Positions 12,417 through 26,000 of a stretch of 64,000 nucleotides of DNA are shown here, piece by piece. A program made the position numbers and the translations under genes. Source of the stretch: Raillietiella orientalis (lineage: Eukaryota); contig JAYWIR010000030.1 of NCBI GenBank assembly GCA_036172245.1, positions 1,116,001-1,180,000 of the forward strand, in the 5' to 3' direction. Below the pieces are notes generated by a model. That model ran no database searches. It saw only the letters and a list, made by a program, of their open reading frames with translations, and was not told where the DNA came from. Every line of letters starts with the position of its first letter. Position 1 is the first letter of the stretch.

Positions 12417-14349
12417 ATTCGATCAAATTGCATTGTCTAATCTTAGATTGGGGCACAGCATTTGATCAAATAGAAATTTCTATGTTTCAGTTGTGGGAGC
12501 ATGAGGAATTGGTGTTATTGATGTGATTGCTTTGTTTTGACTTCTGATTGACTGGTTTTGCTTTTGGCATGTATTTACATGCATGCTTGCATGAAATTAT
12601 GTATGATATTGAAATTTTGCTGGTAACTGATGGTGATATAATTCAAAAGATGATTACTAGTAATGCTGTAGCTTTTGTTTGTAATATATAAAGCAGTTTA
12701 GTTTACATGAGTGAATGATTCATACTATGAAAACATCAAGTAACCTTCTGAAGGTGGAAAATTTCTGTCAATCTTTCATCTTTAAATGTTTGTGTGAATT
12801 TGAAGTTTCATTTGCCATTAGCATCAGTGGCAATTCATGATAGCAGATTTGATGTTTCCAGTTGTTATAAGTAAAGGTTATAAATGTTTGTAGTACATCA
12901 TTTTGATTAAGGAATTAGCAGTGATGAAATTCATCATTAGCAGGAAAATTCCATCACTGAGATCTTGTGGTGCACATCAAAATATAAGTAAAAAGGACTT
13001 GCATTCCTTATGATTGCAAACCTTGAAATGAAGTGTTATAAATCTGATATAACATTCTTAAGAATAGCTTTGTATGGATCTTTCATTGTGTAAGTGTGAA
13101 AAGTAAATGAATAATTGCAAACTTTTGTGTGCAAAATCTGGGAAAAGCCATGATCAAAGGATTTTTCTGAAGCACATCTGATTATGGATCAGTTTCTGTA
13201 GCAATTTATGAATAACTAGGAAAAGAATTCTAATTCTGAGAGATTAAAAAAAAAAAAAGGGTTTTGCGAACTTGGTTTCCAAACCTAAGTTTCGTAGGCT
13301 TTAAATCTACTTTTCCAAGCAGTGAACAAACATGATGAAATCAGAACTCGGTGATCCATTTGTATTTACAATCACCGGAAGCCGATTGCCATGACCGTTT
13401 TGAAAATCAGAATCCACAAGATCCCTTTCTCACAAGTATGATTATAATATGGAGAAACTGTATTCTAACTGCATAAAGGAGAATCAGTACAGTCTAAAGT
13501 AACCCTTTATAGAATGCTTGTGCATTGCAACTAATGGGCCTGAAATAAATATTGGAAGAAAAGTTGTAGAAAACTCTTGATTTTTCATTTTTCAGTAGAC
13601 TGACCAAAAAAAAAAAAAAAAATGGATGTTCACGCTTTGGAATCGCTCCTCTTTATATGTGCACCCATATTTTTCATCACCCCTTTGAGGTACAAGATGG
13701 AATGGATTTGCAGTCATGGTCTGTGAGAAAAGGGGAGGTTTCTAAAGGTTTGGAATTTACGGTCGAATCTTGTTTAGATCACAAGCTGCGTTGTGTCTTC
13801 AAATTTGTTGAAAGGTTGCAAAGCTAGAAGACCTTCCAACAGCTTTAGGAGCTCAGGTGTCGGCAAAGAGTAAATGTGAGAACACAAATGGAAATTAAAG
13901 GAGTCAAAGTGTTTTAGAATTTGCTACCAGGTGCACTTCAGAAAGGAAAGTAAGAAATAAGTAAATGGCGCTTACATTCCTGAAGTGCGTTCTTTCCACA
14001 TGAATAGTGGAAAAATTTATCATGTAATGTACTACTTTGGAATGGATAAGCAAATTATGCTACGGCTGCACGACGATCTTGTGAAACAGGGATCAGAGAT
14101 GGCGTTTGGTGTCACAAAGACACATAAGACTACTCGTTGGCCAGGGGAGAAAAAAAATATCTGAACCCTGAACGGGGTTGGGAATGTATGTCTATACTTA
14201 CAAATAAGTATATTCTCTTTGGTGGCAAAATTTTTATAGAAACGCAAATTCTGTTTGGGGGATAGGAGGAGGTGTAAGGCACGTAGAGCAGGCACCTGTA
14301 GTTCGGACGTCTGGATAAGCATGCACGCTCTCTCTCAGGGTCTCGGCTG

Positions 14350-14371
14350 GTAATAATAATAATAATAATAA
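14350..14371. repeat. (TAA)n microsatellite
   Basis: TAATAATAATAATAATAATA seen directly. Confidence 0.85.
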
Positions 14372-17300
14372 TTGCGAGAAGGAATCTGCAGACTTGTTTT
14401 TCTTTCTGCCAGTCTGCTGTCCAGAGGCATTCCCCGCGCACTTTATTCGTTCTCTTCCCTTTCGTTGCGATCCTCTCTCTCTGGGTGTGCAGTTGCGAAC
14501 GGTGAGATGATGTCAGCAAGAACCATGGAACTTCGTGCAAACTCTCGTTCTCAGCATCTGGAAGATTGCCTCGAAGAGAAGGGACTTTGGGAGAGCGACC
14601 GACAGACTCCCTCCTCTTCCCTTTCCCTAGACTTCTCTCCATGGTCGCATGCTCTCTTTTCCTTTTTATCGAGATGACTTTCATCCAGTTCACTTTGTCG
14701 GACGATTCCCTCACACATCCTCCGCACCGCGGTTTCCGCTCGCGACAACGGCAGCGGCGGCTGCGCCATGTCACGCGCTTCGAATCTGTGTACCGTGCTC
14801 CTGCTGCTGAGATGCTTGAGCAGGAAGCGTTTCCACTCTGTGTGTTCACCTGGATAACGAGCATATTTACAGCCAAAGCCTGGATACAACCTGATGCAAA
14901 GCAGATGCTTGCTTGCATCCTGACGACTGAAAACATGCCACAGAGAACTCCGTGGATTTCTTTCCGCTCCAAAACCTTTTGTCCACATCCCTCTATCCCT
15001 ACATTGCATGTTTCCGAGGAAACTTTCGCAGACAGTGGAAACGAATGGAACACAACGTCAAAGCTTGCATTCGGTGACGATATCAAATAGGAACGAAATG
15101 GCTTTCTGAGAGGAGGAGAAGGCCTGTCTTTCACAGGAGTGACTCCAAGCATCGCCCCGTGCAAACCCCAAGATTGAGCGTATCTAGGGTAATTGAAGGT
15201 TCTGGGGAATTTCACCTCCAGAAGAAACTTGGGGGCGAAATTCCCCAGAAGCGATGGAGAAAAGTGAAAGAACACAAACAGGATCCCTAAATGAACTAAC
15301 TGACAGATGAAACGAGTTTCTGCAGAGTAGAGTCTCCAGCATGGCTTGGAATGCTCTTAATGCATTAAAAACATTTTAAAAAGGCTTTTTATGCTTTTAA
15401 AAAGCTTCAGAAATGTCATTTGGTGAATGTTTTCCAGCGGCAGAGATCTTGATGAGATGTGTAGTGCAGCTTTCCTCCACGTTCGCCATCCAAATCCTCA
15501 TTAGAATGAGACCGGGACGATTTAAAAAGTGGATTTGTCTTCAGCGGTGGAAATCACCTCAAATAAGGATAAAAAATCACCGAAAACTCATCGATCGTAA
15601 TTTTGTTAAACTTTCAAAAGGTTCAAAACACCAACCAGCAGCCTGAGTGTCCCTTTGCAAGGCAATCCTTGCTCGTCATGTGGATTAGTCTTCACAATGT
15701 GATCATAATATCTTTGATTCCTGCAGCAAGCTTCCATGAGCTCACAGTAGACTGCGACTGAGATTATCTCGAGCCTGCGAACAGGATCTGTGAGTAGATA
15801 ACACCTCATACCTTCAACATACCCGAATGGATTTCGGGTTCAATATCTTGGAATCTCTCCAAGTGATTGACATATAAATGTGTTTAATGTTTCAGGTCAA
15901 GTTCATCAGAATACCCAGTGCGTAAATCCTCGCGAATAGTGGACGCGAAGAGATTTGCTGTGCTTTGGAACAAAAACGGTCAATACTCGGTGCTCTTGGC
16001 GGCAGAGATGGTACTACCAAATCAAGACTTTTTCACACATTGATAATGCTGGCGGTTTCCTACCTCTTCTTATGCTTCCATTATTACCGACAAATGCTAA
16101 AAGCTCCGATGATAACGTCCACTAAACGAAGCGAATAAACAGTTAACTGCCACTTATTTGAAAAAACTGTTTGCTTTTCCCTAAACCAAACTATTTTTTC
16201 CTTTTTTTTCCCGTTAGCAATGACGATACTAAAGCGTTTTATGAAAAGGGAGGAGGTGAGAACGTTGGAAAGAGTGCTTCTTCCAGAAGCTTTCAATGCG
16301 TCTTAGCAGAGTGAGCATTTCTTAGCGTTTCAGTTCACACGTTGGGATACATAAAATCTCTTTGCAGAGTTCACAATCCAATACTACTTTTAGTTCTCTT
16401 TGGAGCTCAACTTTTTCCCTTTATCGCTTCAGTAGGGATATCAATGATCTCGTAAATTGAAAGAACTCAGAAAAAAAAGCACCACTGTTTTACAGAGATG
16501 AGGAACATATGCAAGTTAGCACAAAGTCCCAATGATATTGAGTCTGTTCCTGTAGAATGAGAAAATAATAAAAGACCATATCCGAGACGGAAGGATTTGC
16601 ATTAAAATGGGCATTGCTGCTTCATCTTTGTAGAGGTGATGAGTAACATGTGGTTGCCAACTTCATGCCACGCCATGTTACGAGACAACTATGCTTCATA
16701 AGTATTTTTTTTTTTTCCAAGATGACTTAAAAGTTCTCCGAGGAATCTAAAAAACTGTTAAAGGGAAAGTCGTTATCCATAATTTTAACTCTTGCGGGTG
16801 GATCCCATTGTCAATACTTTCGTTACATTTTTACAATGAGTATCTAAAGTGTCTTCCTGCCCAATTCTGCTCGAATGATTTTCAAAATTAGGCTACAGTG
16901 TATTATACTCTTGTCCGTCGACACATAATCGAATAAGCTTATCATATGATTTGGAAAAAAAAAAAGGTTGAAGTGTATTTGGACTCGGGAATAATCGAAG
17001 GTCTGAAATGGAGAAGGTAAACTTAAAATGTAATAAGAGTCTGTTCCTTCATTCCAAACCATAATCGAAGGAGAATCGTCTTCAGGTATTCTTGTTTCAA
17101 AGTTTTATGGAGAGAGAACTTATAAAGACGCAGCAGAATTGCATTTGTACATCTTATAAATACGGACATGAGTATCAAAATACAATCAAGGAACATGCAG
17201 AAATTGTACAAAAGAACCTAAGCAAAATCGTGTTGCCTTTAAAACTCTGAAGGGGTTTAAAGTATCGAGCACGGTGAAAATGAATCTTCATCATAAAAAT

Positions 17301-18443
17301 TAAGTCCTTTTGAAAAGAATTGATCAACAAAAGTGAGGAAAAAAAAAATTAGTATGAAAGTGAATTCAAAGTCTAAGCAGAAAGCATCAAAGAGCCGTTG
17401 CAATCGGAAATGTTCACGAACTTGGCATAGGAAAAATGATTCAAGAAAGTTTCAGAAAATCAAAATGGACACTTGAAAGCCTTTGAAGCTGCCTCTTGGA
17501 TCGTGGGAAGTAGGCGGAGTCGCTTGGACCAGTTCCTTGTTTTGACTGTCGGATGTCGATGCCCGCGTAGGGGGGCACTCTCTCCCCTCTGGAATGACGG
17601 GAATGACGGGAAGTGGGCCAAAACTGGCTAGCAAACGTAACCTTCGTTTTCAAGTTTCGTACCAAAAACTGCACGTCTGGATCTGAATATTTGTATTCTG
17701 TTTTTTTTTTCAGATTCGAAAATAATATAAACCCGAACGAAATTAACAATAAGCCGGTGGCACTCTACGATGGAACCGATGTCTCGGTGGAATGTGGGAG
17801 TTGCGGAGAACCTCAAGTTTCGTTAAGTCACATAACCATAAAGGTTTATAGAATCGAAAATATTTGCACAAAAATAAGTGAGCTTCGGCATTTTGAAGAC
17901 TGGATTGCAATCCCAATCCCATTCATTAATGATACAAATGCAAATCATCAGTTAGTACCCATTTTCTTCGTCCTCTTTCGTGGGTACGAGCCCAAGTTTC
18001 CTATACGAAATTTGGTATGAACGAAATTTTTTTCCTGAGGTAAGGGAGGAAAACGTAGAAGGATAATCATGAACCTTTGGGGTGAATGATGGAGTGCTTC
18101 TATAATGCTGTTTAAGTTGATGAATTTTTTAGTTCATCGCTACAAAAATCTGAAATACTATTTGATAACATATAAAGAGCATTTGCACAAAGGATTATTG
18201 TGGAACTATGAATCAAATATTAAAAGTAGTGCAGTGCAGTAACTTTGGCATTCAGATAAGGCAGCAATTAATAAACAGTAAGAATATACTTTAATATTCT
18301 AAAATCAGAAAAAATTGGATCTTAAAGAACACAGAATAAAAAACTTACTGATATCAACAATCAACATTTATTGTACAGTTACATGAAAACATATGGAATT
18401 AAACAACTCTGAAAGGCCTACATTAGTAGTAAATATTTTTGAA

Positions 18444-19608
18444 ATGATGAAATGCACATTAGTGATATCACATACACGATTTTTAATTTCTATTCTAGGG
18501 AGGTGCTACACAACCTCCCACAACTCGGATGTAAAAGTTGCTTTTATTGGCCTTGGCCAAATGGGTAACCACATGGTTCGTAATTTACTCCAAAAAGGCC
18601 AGTCAGTGGTTGTGTATGATATATTTCCACCTGCTATGGATGAAGCAATAGCTTCTGGTGCTCAGGCAGCCAATTCTTCCTCAGAAGCTGCAGCTTTTTC
18701 TCAGTTTATATTTACTATGCTTCCTGAAGGACAAGATGTTTTGGATGCCTATACAGGGCAGGATGGGATTCTAACGTAGATGTTCTTCTCAGATTAAAGA
18801 GTTCTTCTCACATTATGATGTTTAGTGAGTTGCGACCGGGGTCTCTGCTGATTGACTGTAGCACTGTGCATCCAGATGTCTCCAAACAACTTGCTAACTT
18901 TGCCCAGTCACATGGTTCTAGTTTTTTGGATGCTCCTGTTTCTGGAGGCAGGAAAATAATCAATTCCAAACGTTCACTGACTTGTATCTTTTAGGCATTG
19001 TGGGAGCCCAGAATGCTACGTTGACTTTCATGGTAGGTGGTGACAAGAAGGACATCGAAAAGGCTCATCACATTTTTAACACAATGGGCAAGAAAGTTCA
19101 ACATTGTGGTCCTACTGGGTCAGGCCAAATAGCCAAGTTATGTAACAATATGCTTCTAGGAATCACTATGGCTGGAACAGCAGAAGCATTGAATTTGGGC
19201 ATGAGGTAATATTAGGTGAACTTTTTATTGCACTGGCTTGTGGGTTGTAGACTGGGGCTAGATGCTCAAGTGCTAAGTGATGTAATCAACTCTAGCACTG
19301 GGCGTTCCTGGAGTTCTGAAATCTACAATCCTGTTCCAGGACTTATCCCAAACATACCAGCTTCCAATAATTATAAGGTGAAATCATATTATAAGGTCCT
19401 GGTAACTCCTTTGTAGGGAGGCTTTGTGTCAAGCCTCATTGCTAAGGATCTGGCTTTGGCTAATTCATTAGCGTCATCCACATCAACCCCAGTTTTTCTG
19501 GGATCCCTGGCACATCAGGTCTTTCGAATTATGGTAGCTAAAGGATATGGAAAACGGGATTTCGCCTCAGTATTTGCATTTCTGCGTGATGATTTTCCGG
19601 AAAAGTAA
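18444..19608 (+). CDS. HIBADH: 3-hydroxyisobutyrate dehydrogenase, mitochondrial (~327 aa; start codon uncertain)
   Basis: Exons 18444-18775, 18826-18947, 18995-19205, 19251-19377, 19417-19608, all phase-consistent. Motifs VAFIGLGQMG (Rossmann), LIDCSTV, FLDAPVSGG, TLTFMVGG, GSGQIAKLCNNMLLG (catalytic Lys), SSTGRSWSSEIYNPVPG, KDLALA. Confidence 0.95.
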
Positions 19609-22600
19609 ATGGAGATTTGTGCCTTGTGATGCCAGAAAGAATCAGCTTGATCAAATTGCCTTTATACCTATGGGAAATGGATTAAATTTGATGAAACCAA
19701 AATTGCAGTCCCTCCACGAACGTTTTTCCATCTTTATAAAGTTGAACAATGCTATCCAAAGCTTTTATAAAAATTTGAAAATACATGTTTCACTTGGAAA
19801 CTGCTTCCAGGATTTTAGGAATCGGTTTTTTGAATTTTCGTGAATTTCCGATTTCGTTTTCTGCCCGTAGAAGTCCACCCCACCCCATGTGTGTAAGATG
19901 AAGTTTTGGGGCGATTGTGTGTATTTCGTACGTGTTTGCACTTGACATCTGTTTCCTCACCTTGGCATTTCTCTTGTAGTCCGACAGCCCGAGGCAAGAG
20001 CGGACCCAAATGGCACCCAAAACTCTTCTCTTGAATCCAGTTGCTTGCAAAAGTACGTTATGAAGGGGTGGGAAAACTTATCGAAACGACATTTTATCAA
20101 AAATTGATTTTTGAATGGCATCTTGTAGTTTGACGAATCACTTAATTCCTAAATGGACACTTTTAACCAAGGAGAACCTGTGTGGATCAAATGTGTTTAG
20201 TTTGAGGTCAGCATAACAGCAATCTGATTGCATGAGGAAGTATTAAGGATGCACCAATGATTTCGAGAATCTCACCGTGACCAAAGTGTAGTTTGCAGTG
20301 CAGTAGATATCTCTAACACCTGTTTAGGGTCGAAAGAGTGTACAAGTTTTCTTCCTTGTTGTTCGAATGGGAAGTTGTCTGCATGACGCACTCAAAGAGG
20401 TAATGTGTTGGTTTGTTTGCAGTCATACCATGAAGCCCTGGAGGGAAGATGTGAGAGTGCAACCCAGGGAATAGGGAGAACATGCTCTTAGAGGGAGTAG
20501 GGCTCTCTATTTTAAAGTTGAAACTGGAAAGCGAATAATGCTCACCCCCTTCTCAAATCCAGAAAACACATACGTTTACTAATTCTCTGATGAGTAAATA
20601 TAATTTGCATTTTCGACAGCAGTTTAATGATTGCTGCTTTCTCCCAGAGAACTAAGTGTATGGGTAGTTTGCCTGCGATGTTTTTGGTACAATTGCTGTC
20701 GTACAGAGCAGTGTTCTTCATCCATTCGCTACAGATTTGTAATGGCACTGGGAATCAGATGGCAGAACCAAGAAAATGTTGCATGCGGAGCAGCATTTTC
20801 TTAATTGATCCAAATAACAGACAGTGCTGAGGGATTCCCTCCCATTGGTTTGGTTCCTCCAGTCAATCATCGAGTCCGGTCTCTTCCATTCCTAGTGCAG
20901 CAATCATCTCTAGTGACTTGCTTTAATCTAACATTTCTAGTGTGCTTTCCTATTGCTTTTTGCTCGTCCGGGTTGTTCAGAAACCAAGGTTTCATGATTT
21001 CAAGGGTTTACCCTCGATTTTGATTTCCGAAGGTGTCGACGGTTTCCACATCAGCTACGTGGATCTTGGTCAGGTCACCCACCATCCCTTGAGGAACTGC
21101 TGCAGATTCATGAGAACCGCAACGTATTGCTGGTTTCGTAATAAGAGGATGAGCTTCATCGGTTTGTGAAAGAATTTGACATTCCTTATGCTTGTCGGGT
21201 GCATTCCTTCAAGCATTTCAAAATTTAATCGCCTTACCTTTACATTTTCTTTTCAAGAGATTTTCCTTTTCCAATTGTGTGTGTGTGTTTTTTTTCCTTC
21301 AAATTTTCAATTTTCGTCCTCCATTTTCAAGCATCATTCCAGTCTCGTTCTAGTAGTTCTCTTGCGCTGTTTCCCTTTTGGTATGCACGTAAGTAGAATC
21401 GAACCCAACTTTGTCGAAGTGCTCGCGTGTTGAACTGAAGTGGTGGCACTGGGATGGGGCAAGGAGGTGCAGAAAGAGAGTCCAGCAAATCAGTGAACAG
21501 CAAAAACGAAAAAGAGGATGCCTTCGGGGTCGCCTGGACCAAACTGCATCTGTCGCGAGTACGATCGAGGAAGTTTTGTTTTGTTTGTACCGCAAAAGTG
21601 CTGCTTTCATGCTCACCTGCACTTCTAGTATTGTACAAAAAATCCCAGCGGAAGGCAAACATTAGTTTGCCCGGCTAGCGAATTGTTCTCATCCCATAGC
21701 CCTATCAGGTGATTCAGAGGCGACGAACCTATTCTCAAAGTTTCCTCCGATGAGCTGCATCCCCATTGCGGGATTGCAGGTGGATCAGTGACATCAATGG
21801 AAGCAGAAATGAGAGGGTGGTTGCTGAGCAGAAAAACTGGAAAGGAAAGTTCGGGAAGAAGTGCACAGAGAGGAAGAGGTGAACCCAACATGATTCCTGC
21901 TGATGGGAAATGATGCTGTTTTGATTTTAATGATCCAGAAATCCTATACTGAAAGTCACTGTGAGCGTTTTCCACCGTTTTCGAAGTCCGATTCGAGTTC
22001 AGCCCGGTGCAAGCAAGGGTCATACGCTACTTTTAATTTCTTGCCATGGACGAAATGGCTGTGGTTTTATTGGGACACAGGATGGCATGACCTGAGGCGC
22101 AGCAGAGGTCATGCTAGCCGATGGACTCGAGGTACTCCTCATGAAACTCTGATGAAGCTGTCCGGATTTGCCCATCACTTGTACGAGATTGGCTTTCTTC
22201 ATCGTGGAAGTATGCAATTTCTGTTGTCTTTTGGTGACAGTGTACGTATGAGCATCTTTGAAATCTTGCTCGCCAAGGCTATTAGGCAGAATCCGAATCT
22301 GCCCCTTTCCTTTTATACACTAACTATCCAGTAGCAGTATCTCTGATGGATACGAATCAGTCTTATTTTTTTTTTTTAAAAAAACGTTCGTGTGGGATGA
22401 TAAAATATCTGGGGAAGTTATTTAACTCCCATATAGTTTATAACATGTGCATTGTACTGTTATCTCGATGAGCTCCACAAACAATTCATCGCAGCTATTG
22501 TGATCACAGGTTTTCGCGTGTCCTTCACAATCTGCTGCTTCAGTACAAGCTGGGAGCACGGCAGTCGGAATGCCGTGTGAGACTGAATCGGTCAATTATC

Positions 22601-22994
22601 CGAGCGAACAACGGGAAGAATGTGGTCCATGCAGGTAGCCCGGTCGCTAGGTGAAGAGTCTTCCAGTCGCTCGTGGAAGCAATCAGTACGGCATGAATTG
22701 AACGAGAAAGCAAGTGATTCGGTATTCGTGATTTTGGTTTCGTGGATTTTTTCTCAGCATGAGTGTCCTCCGCGCTTTTGCGCTAAACGGAAAGTTTCAG
22801 CAACTTCTGGACTTCCAGGACTTTGCTGGTGCTCCATGGGATTTCATCGCCGTTGCGTTACACTATGATGCTCTTGTCATCAAATGGGGATTTTCTTTTT
22901 GCAAGGCAGTTTCCACCGTTGGTGGAGCTCTCCAAAAACAACGGCTAAGTCTTGCACGGTGCCTGAATTCAAGCGGGTTTTTTGTTCACCGTTT

Positions 22995-23012
22995 GTGTGT
23001 GTGTGTGTGTGT
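22995..23012. repeat. (GT)n microsatellite; similar runs at 34405-34424 (GT), 29835-29854 (GA) and 31224-31246 (GA)
   Basis: Dinucleotide runs seen directly. Confidence 0.85.
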
Positions 23013-26000
23013 TTTTTTTGAGCGAAATATTCTAAAATCCACTCTGTGGCCGAAAATCCGATCATGGCCACCTCCACCCTTACTGATGCAAGTGCAATCC
23101 ACTGTCCGGATTTCCTTTTCGAGCTGCTCCTATCGATGCTGTCATTTTGTTGAAGTCCGTGTACAAGTCCGTGTCCCCTGGCTGAATACCAAAACTCCAA
23201 TTCTCCCAGTCGTCGCAAGCGCCACATCCAAGACAAGCTCAACCAGTGCGGCTTCATCGAGCAGCCCTGAGCACGCTGCTCCGACTTTCAGACTCTCGTT
23301 TCCTTTCTCGTTTAGCTGTTTCTGGATGCGCCGCTAAAGTTTCATCTCTTCATCTCTCCTCAACCTGAAGTCAGCCTCTAAATCAGCCCGCCCGCCAACA
23401 GCCGGATTCGGTGGAGCTCGCAGGTATGCGGCGCGGCAGACGAAATACCTGCGAAGGGTTTTCGGAGACGCACGTTAAGCTGCTTTCGGCCTCTTTGCTG
23501 AGAGAACAGGTCTCTCCTGCACTGCAGTCTCCAGCTGGAGCTCGGAGCAGTGTGGTTAGACGGGGATGCACCTGCCTCAGAGCTCGACGCTCAGAGATTG
23601 CCGCTTTGATCGAAAACCGTTCCTCTATCGTCTCAAGCTGCGGTGGCCGGAACTCGTTTAAGCGCTCCGATCCCAGGAACGAGGGGCACGTGCGGAGTTG
23701 GCACCGCGGGCCGGTTAGGCAGGCGACCACGTTCATTGAGCGTCTGGAAGAAGACCACAAAGGAGGCTTAGAACGTGGACTTGGAACCTTGGTCTTGGGG
23801 TGTTTTTTTTTTTTCTTTTTCTTTTACCTATCAGAAGGGACAACTTTGAGATGTTCGACCGCTTTGCTTGTTTGTCCGTTTTTTTTTTTTTTTTTTTTTC
23901 CAGGGGAGAAAAGTGTTTTCCACTACAGGGATGTGTGGCATGGGGTACACACCCTATGCCGATGCCCTTAATGCACACCAACCGTAAGATTCCAACTCAC
24001 TGAACCACCAGCTTATCTCCAGCACCTGGAAGAAGTGCTTGGAAAAGGGGGAAGCCAACTGAAATGGGAACGCTCGAAAACCGCTTCACTGTTGAGGAAA
24101 AGGGGGTGGGCTGGGAGGGGGGGGGGAGGGCAGTCTCAGTTTCTCAGCAGCATCTCTTGGTATGCCCTTGCGTGCATGGCTTTCAAATTCAAATAAATTC
24201 GGGGCTTAACTTTATGCATGTCGAGTCAAAATGCTGGTTGCTCTCTTGTGAGTCTTCCGAATGGAAGATTCGAACGCTGGATGCTTGCCTTGAGATTTCT
24301 GTCCTTTCCTCCCCCACCCCCCACTCCGCTTCATCTCCGGGCATCCTGGCATCTCCGCATGTTTCACAGCCAGGATCGTGTCTCTTCCATGCCGGCTGAA
24401 CGGGACTTGCGTTTTCTCGAAATAGGATTCAGCTGCCTGAGCCGTTCACCAGCAGATTCCATCCTCCAGCATCCGTGCCTGGGCGATGCCCGAATCCATT
24501 CTGCCTCCTCGTCAAGCTTTGCCGCATCCAAGTTCGCCGAGTTCCCAGTTCTTATCTGCTTGCCTTTGTCATCGATAGATCCCCCCGTGTAGTCTGCTTG
24601 GCTCTTTCCGGAAAGACTTCAACTCAATTCCCTCTCACTCGAAAAACGAGAGGAAAGGTTAAGAAAAAAAAAAAAAAAATTGGGGATGCACAGCACTGGA
24701 AGGAGCAGAATGAGGAGCTTGGAGAATAAACCACTAGAAGATGATATCCCTTGTTAAGTAGGATACGTGCTTCACCTTCCAAGTGATACTTTCCTTTTTC
24801 TGTTGACAATTCGTTTGTCATTCATGTCCAAGTTTTTTGTTTTCCAAAATGCGTTTATTTTCTTTTTTCTCTCCGAGTTTTTTGCCTGCTTGTGTATTCA
24901 CGTTGAAGGCCTCTATGGACCATTTTGTCCGTGCATGGATTTCTTTTGCGTAGACCGCGCTTGCCGTTCGTGATAAAAAAAACTTCCTTTTTCCTTTCGA
25001 GCTCAGGAGATACTTTCTTTTCGATACGTTGCGTGGTTGAGGGCCGCCTCCAGAAGATGGTCTTCAAATTCTCAAACCACTGAAGGTCTCCACAAGTTCA
25101 ATCTGCAAATCACAGTTCACTGCCTTCGTGCACACCGATGACGTACAAACTCATCCCCACGTCCAGGGCTCATGCAAAAGCTCTTTTGGAACATCCGGAT
25201 GCTGCAAGAAATAGGCGTTAATAATTTCTGCAATGGATTGTTGAAAGACTGTGCCAAGTGCTTCAGTGCTGCCATCAAAGCCCGAGGATGGGGAAATTCG
25301 AGAGAAGTTCGAGAGAAGGAGTCACAAAGCGTTGACCAATGTTATGTATTTATTACACTTCTGTCATAGGCAAATAGGTACTGATTGTTAATACACGATG
25401 ACCACCGATTCTGCATTTTTTTCATCAAGAAAACACTCTTGGACTGACTCATGAACAGCACTAAAAATCCCAAAGTGTCCGGGATCACTACTGCTTGATG
25501 GCATCGGTTAAGGAGAGCCAATTCCTTCTCATCCGCATGCCTCTCAGGTGTTTTCTTGTTGCAGCAAATCCTGAGATTCTGGAATTTTTTTTTGATTGTC
25601 TTCTCACATCGCTGAGAATCGTTTGTTACTAGTAGGTAAGTGGTGCCGGAAATCTGATGTTCTTGTCTGAAACAAGAGAACGAGAGAATGTTTACATTGG
25701 TTTTTCCACCATGTTTCTATTCTTTTTTTTTTTTTTTTCCTTCGAGCACCAGAAACAATAAGTGGTAGAGGATGTGGCAGAATGAGGCAACCTTCGACTG
25801 CGCTAACCACGGCACCACGCGCGGCAATTAAGTGGCAGCGGCTGCTTCGTAATCCAGGAGCGCAGGCGGCGATGGAAGTCGATGGAGGACTTCAGCTCTA
25901 CAGCGAATCCGCATTCAGCTTGTCGGTAGAATTGCCCGCGTAGGGAGTGCCTTCAACCTCCCGTAAAGAGGATGGGAAAACAAAAGTAAACAAAGAAGCA

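Noticed and set aside
12919..12959. CAGTGATGAAATT...AATTCCATCACTG short inverted repeat with C/D-like boxes
   Set aside because: Too short for a snoRNA; the boxes are just the two arms of the palindrome.
14130..15275. 381-aa minus-strand ORF
   Set aside because: Runs through microsatellite and low-complexity sequence, has a non-ATG start and no recognisable domain.
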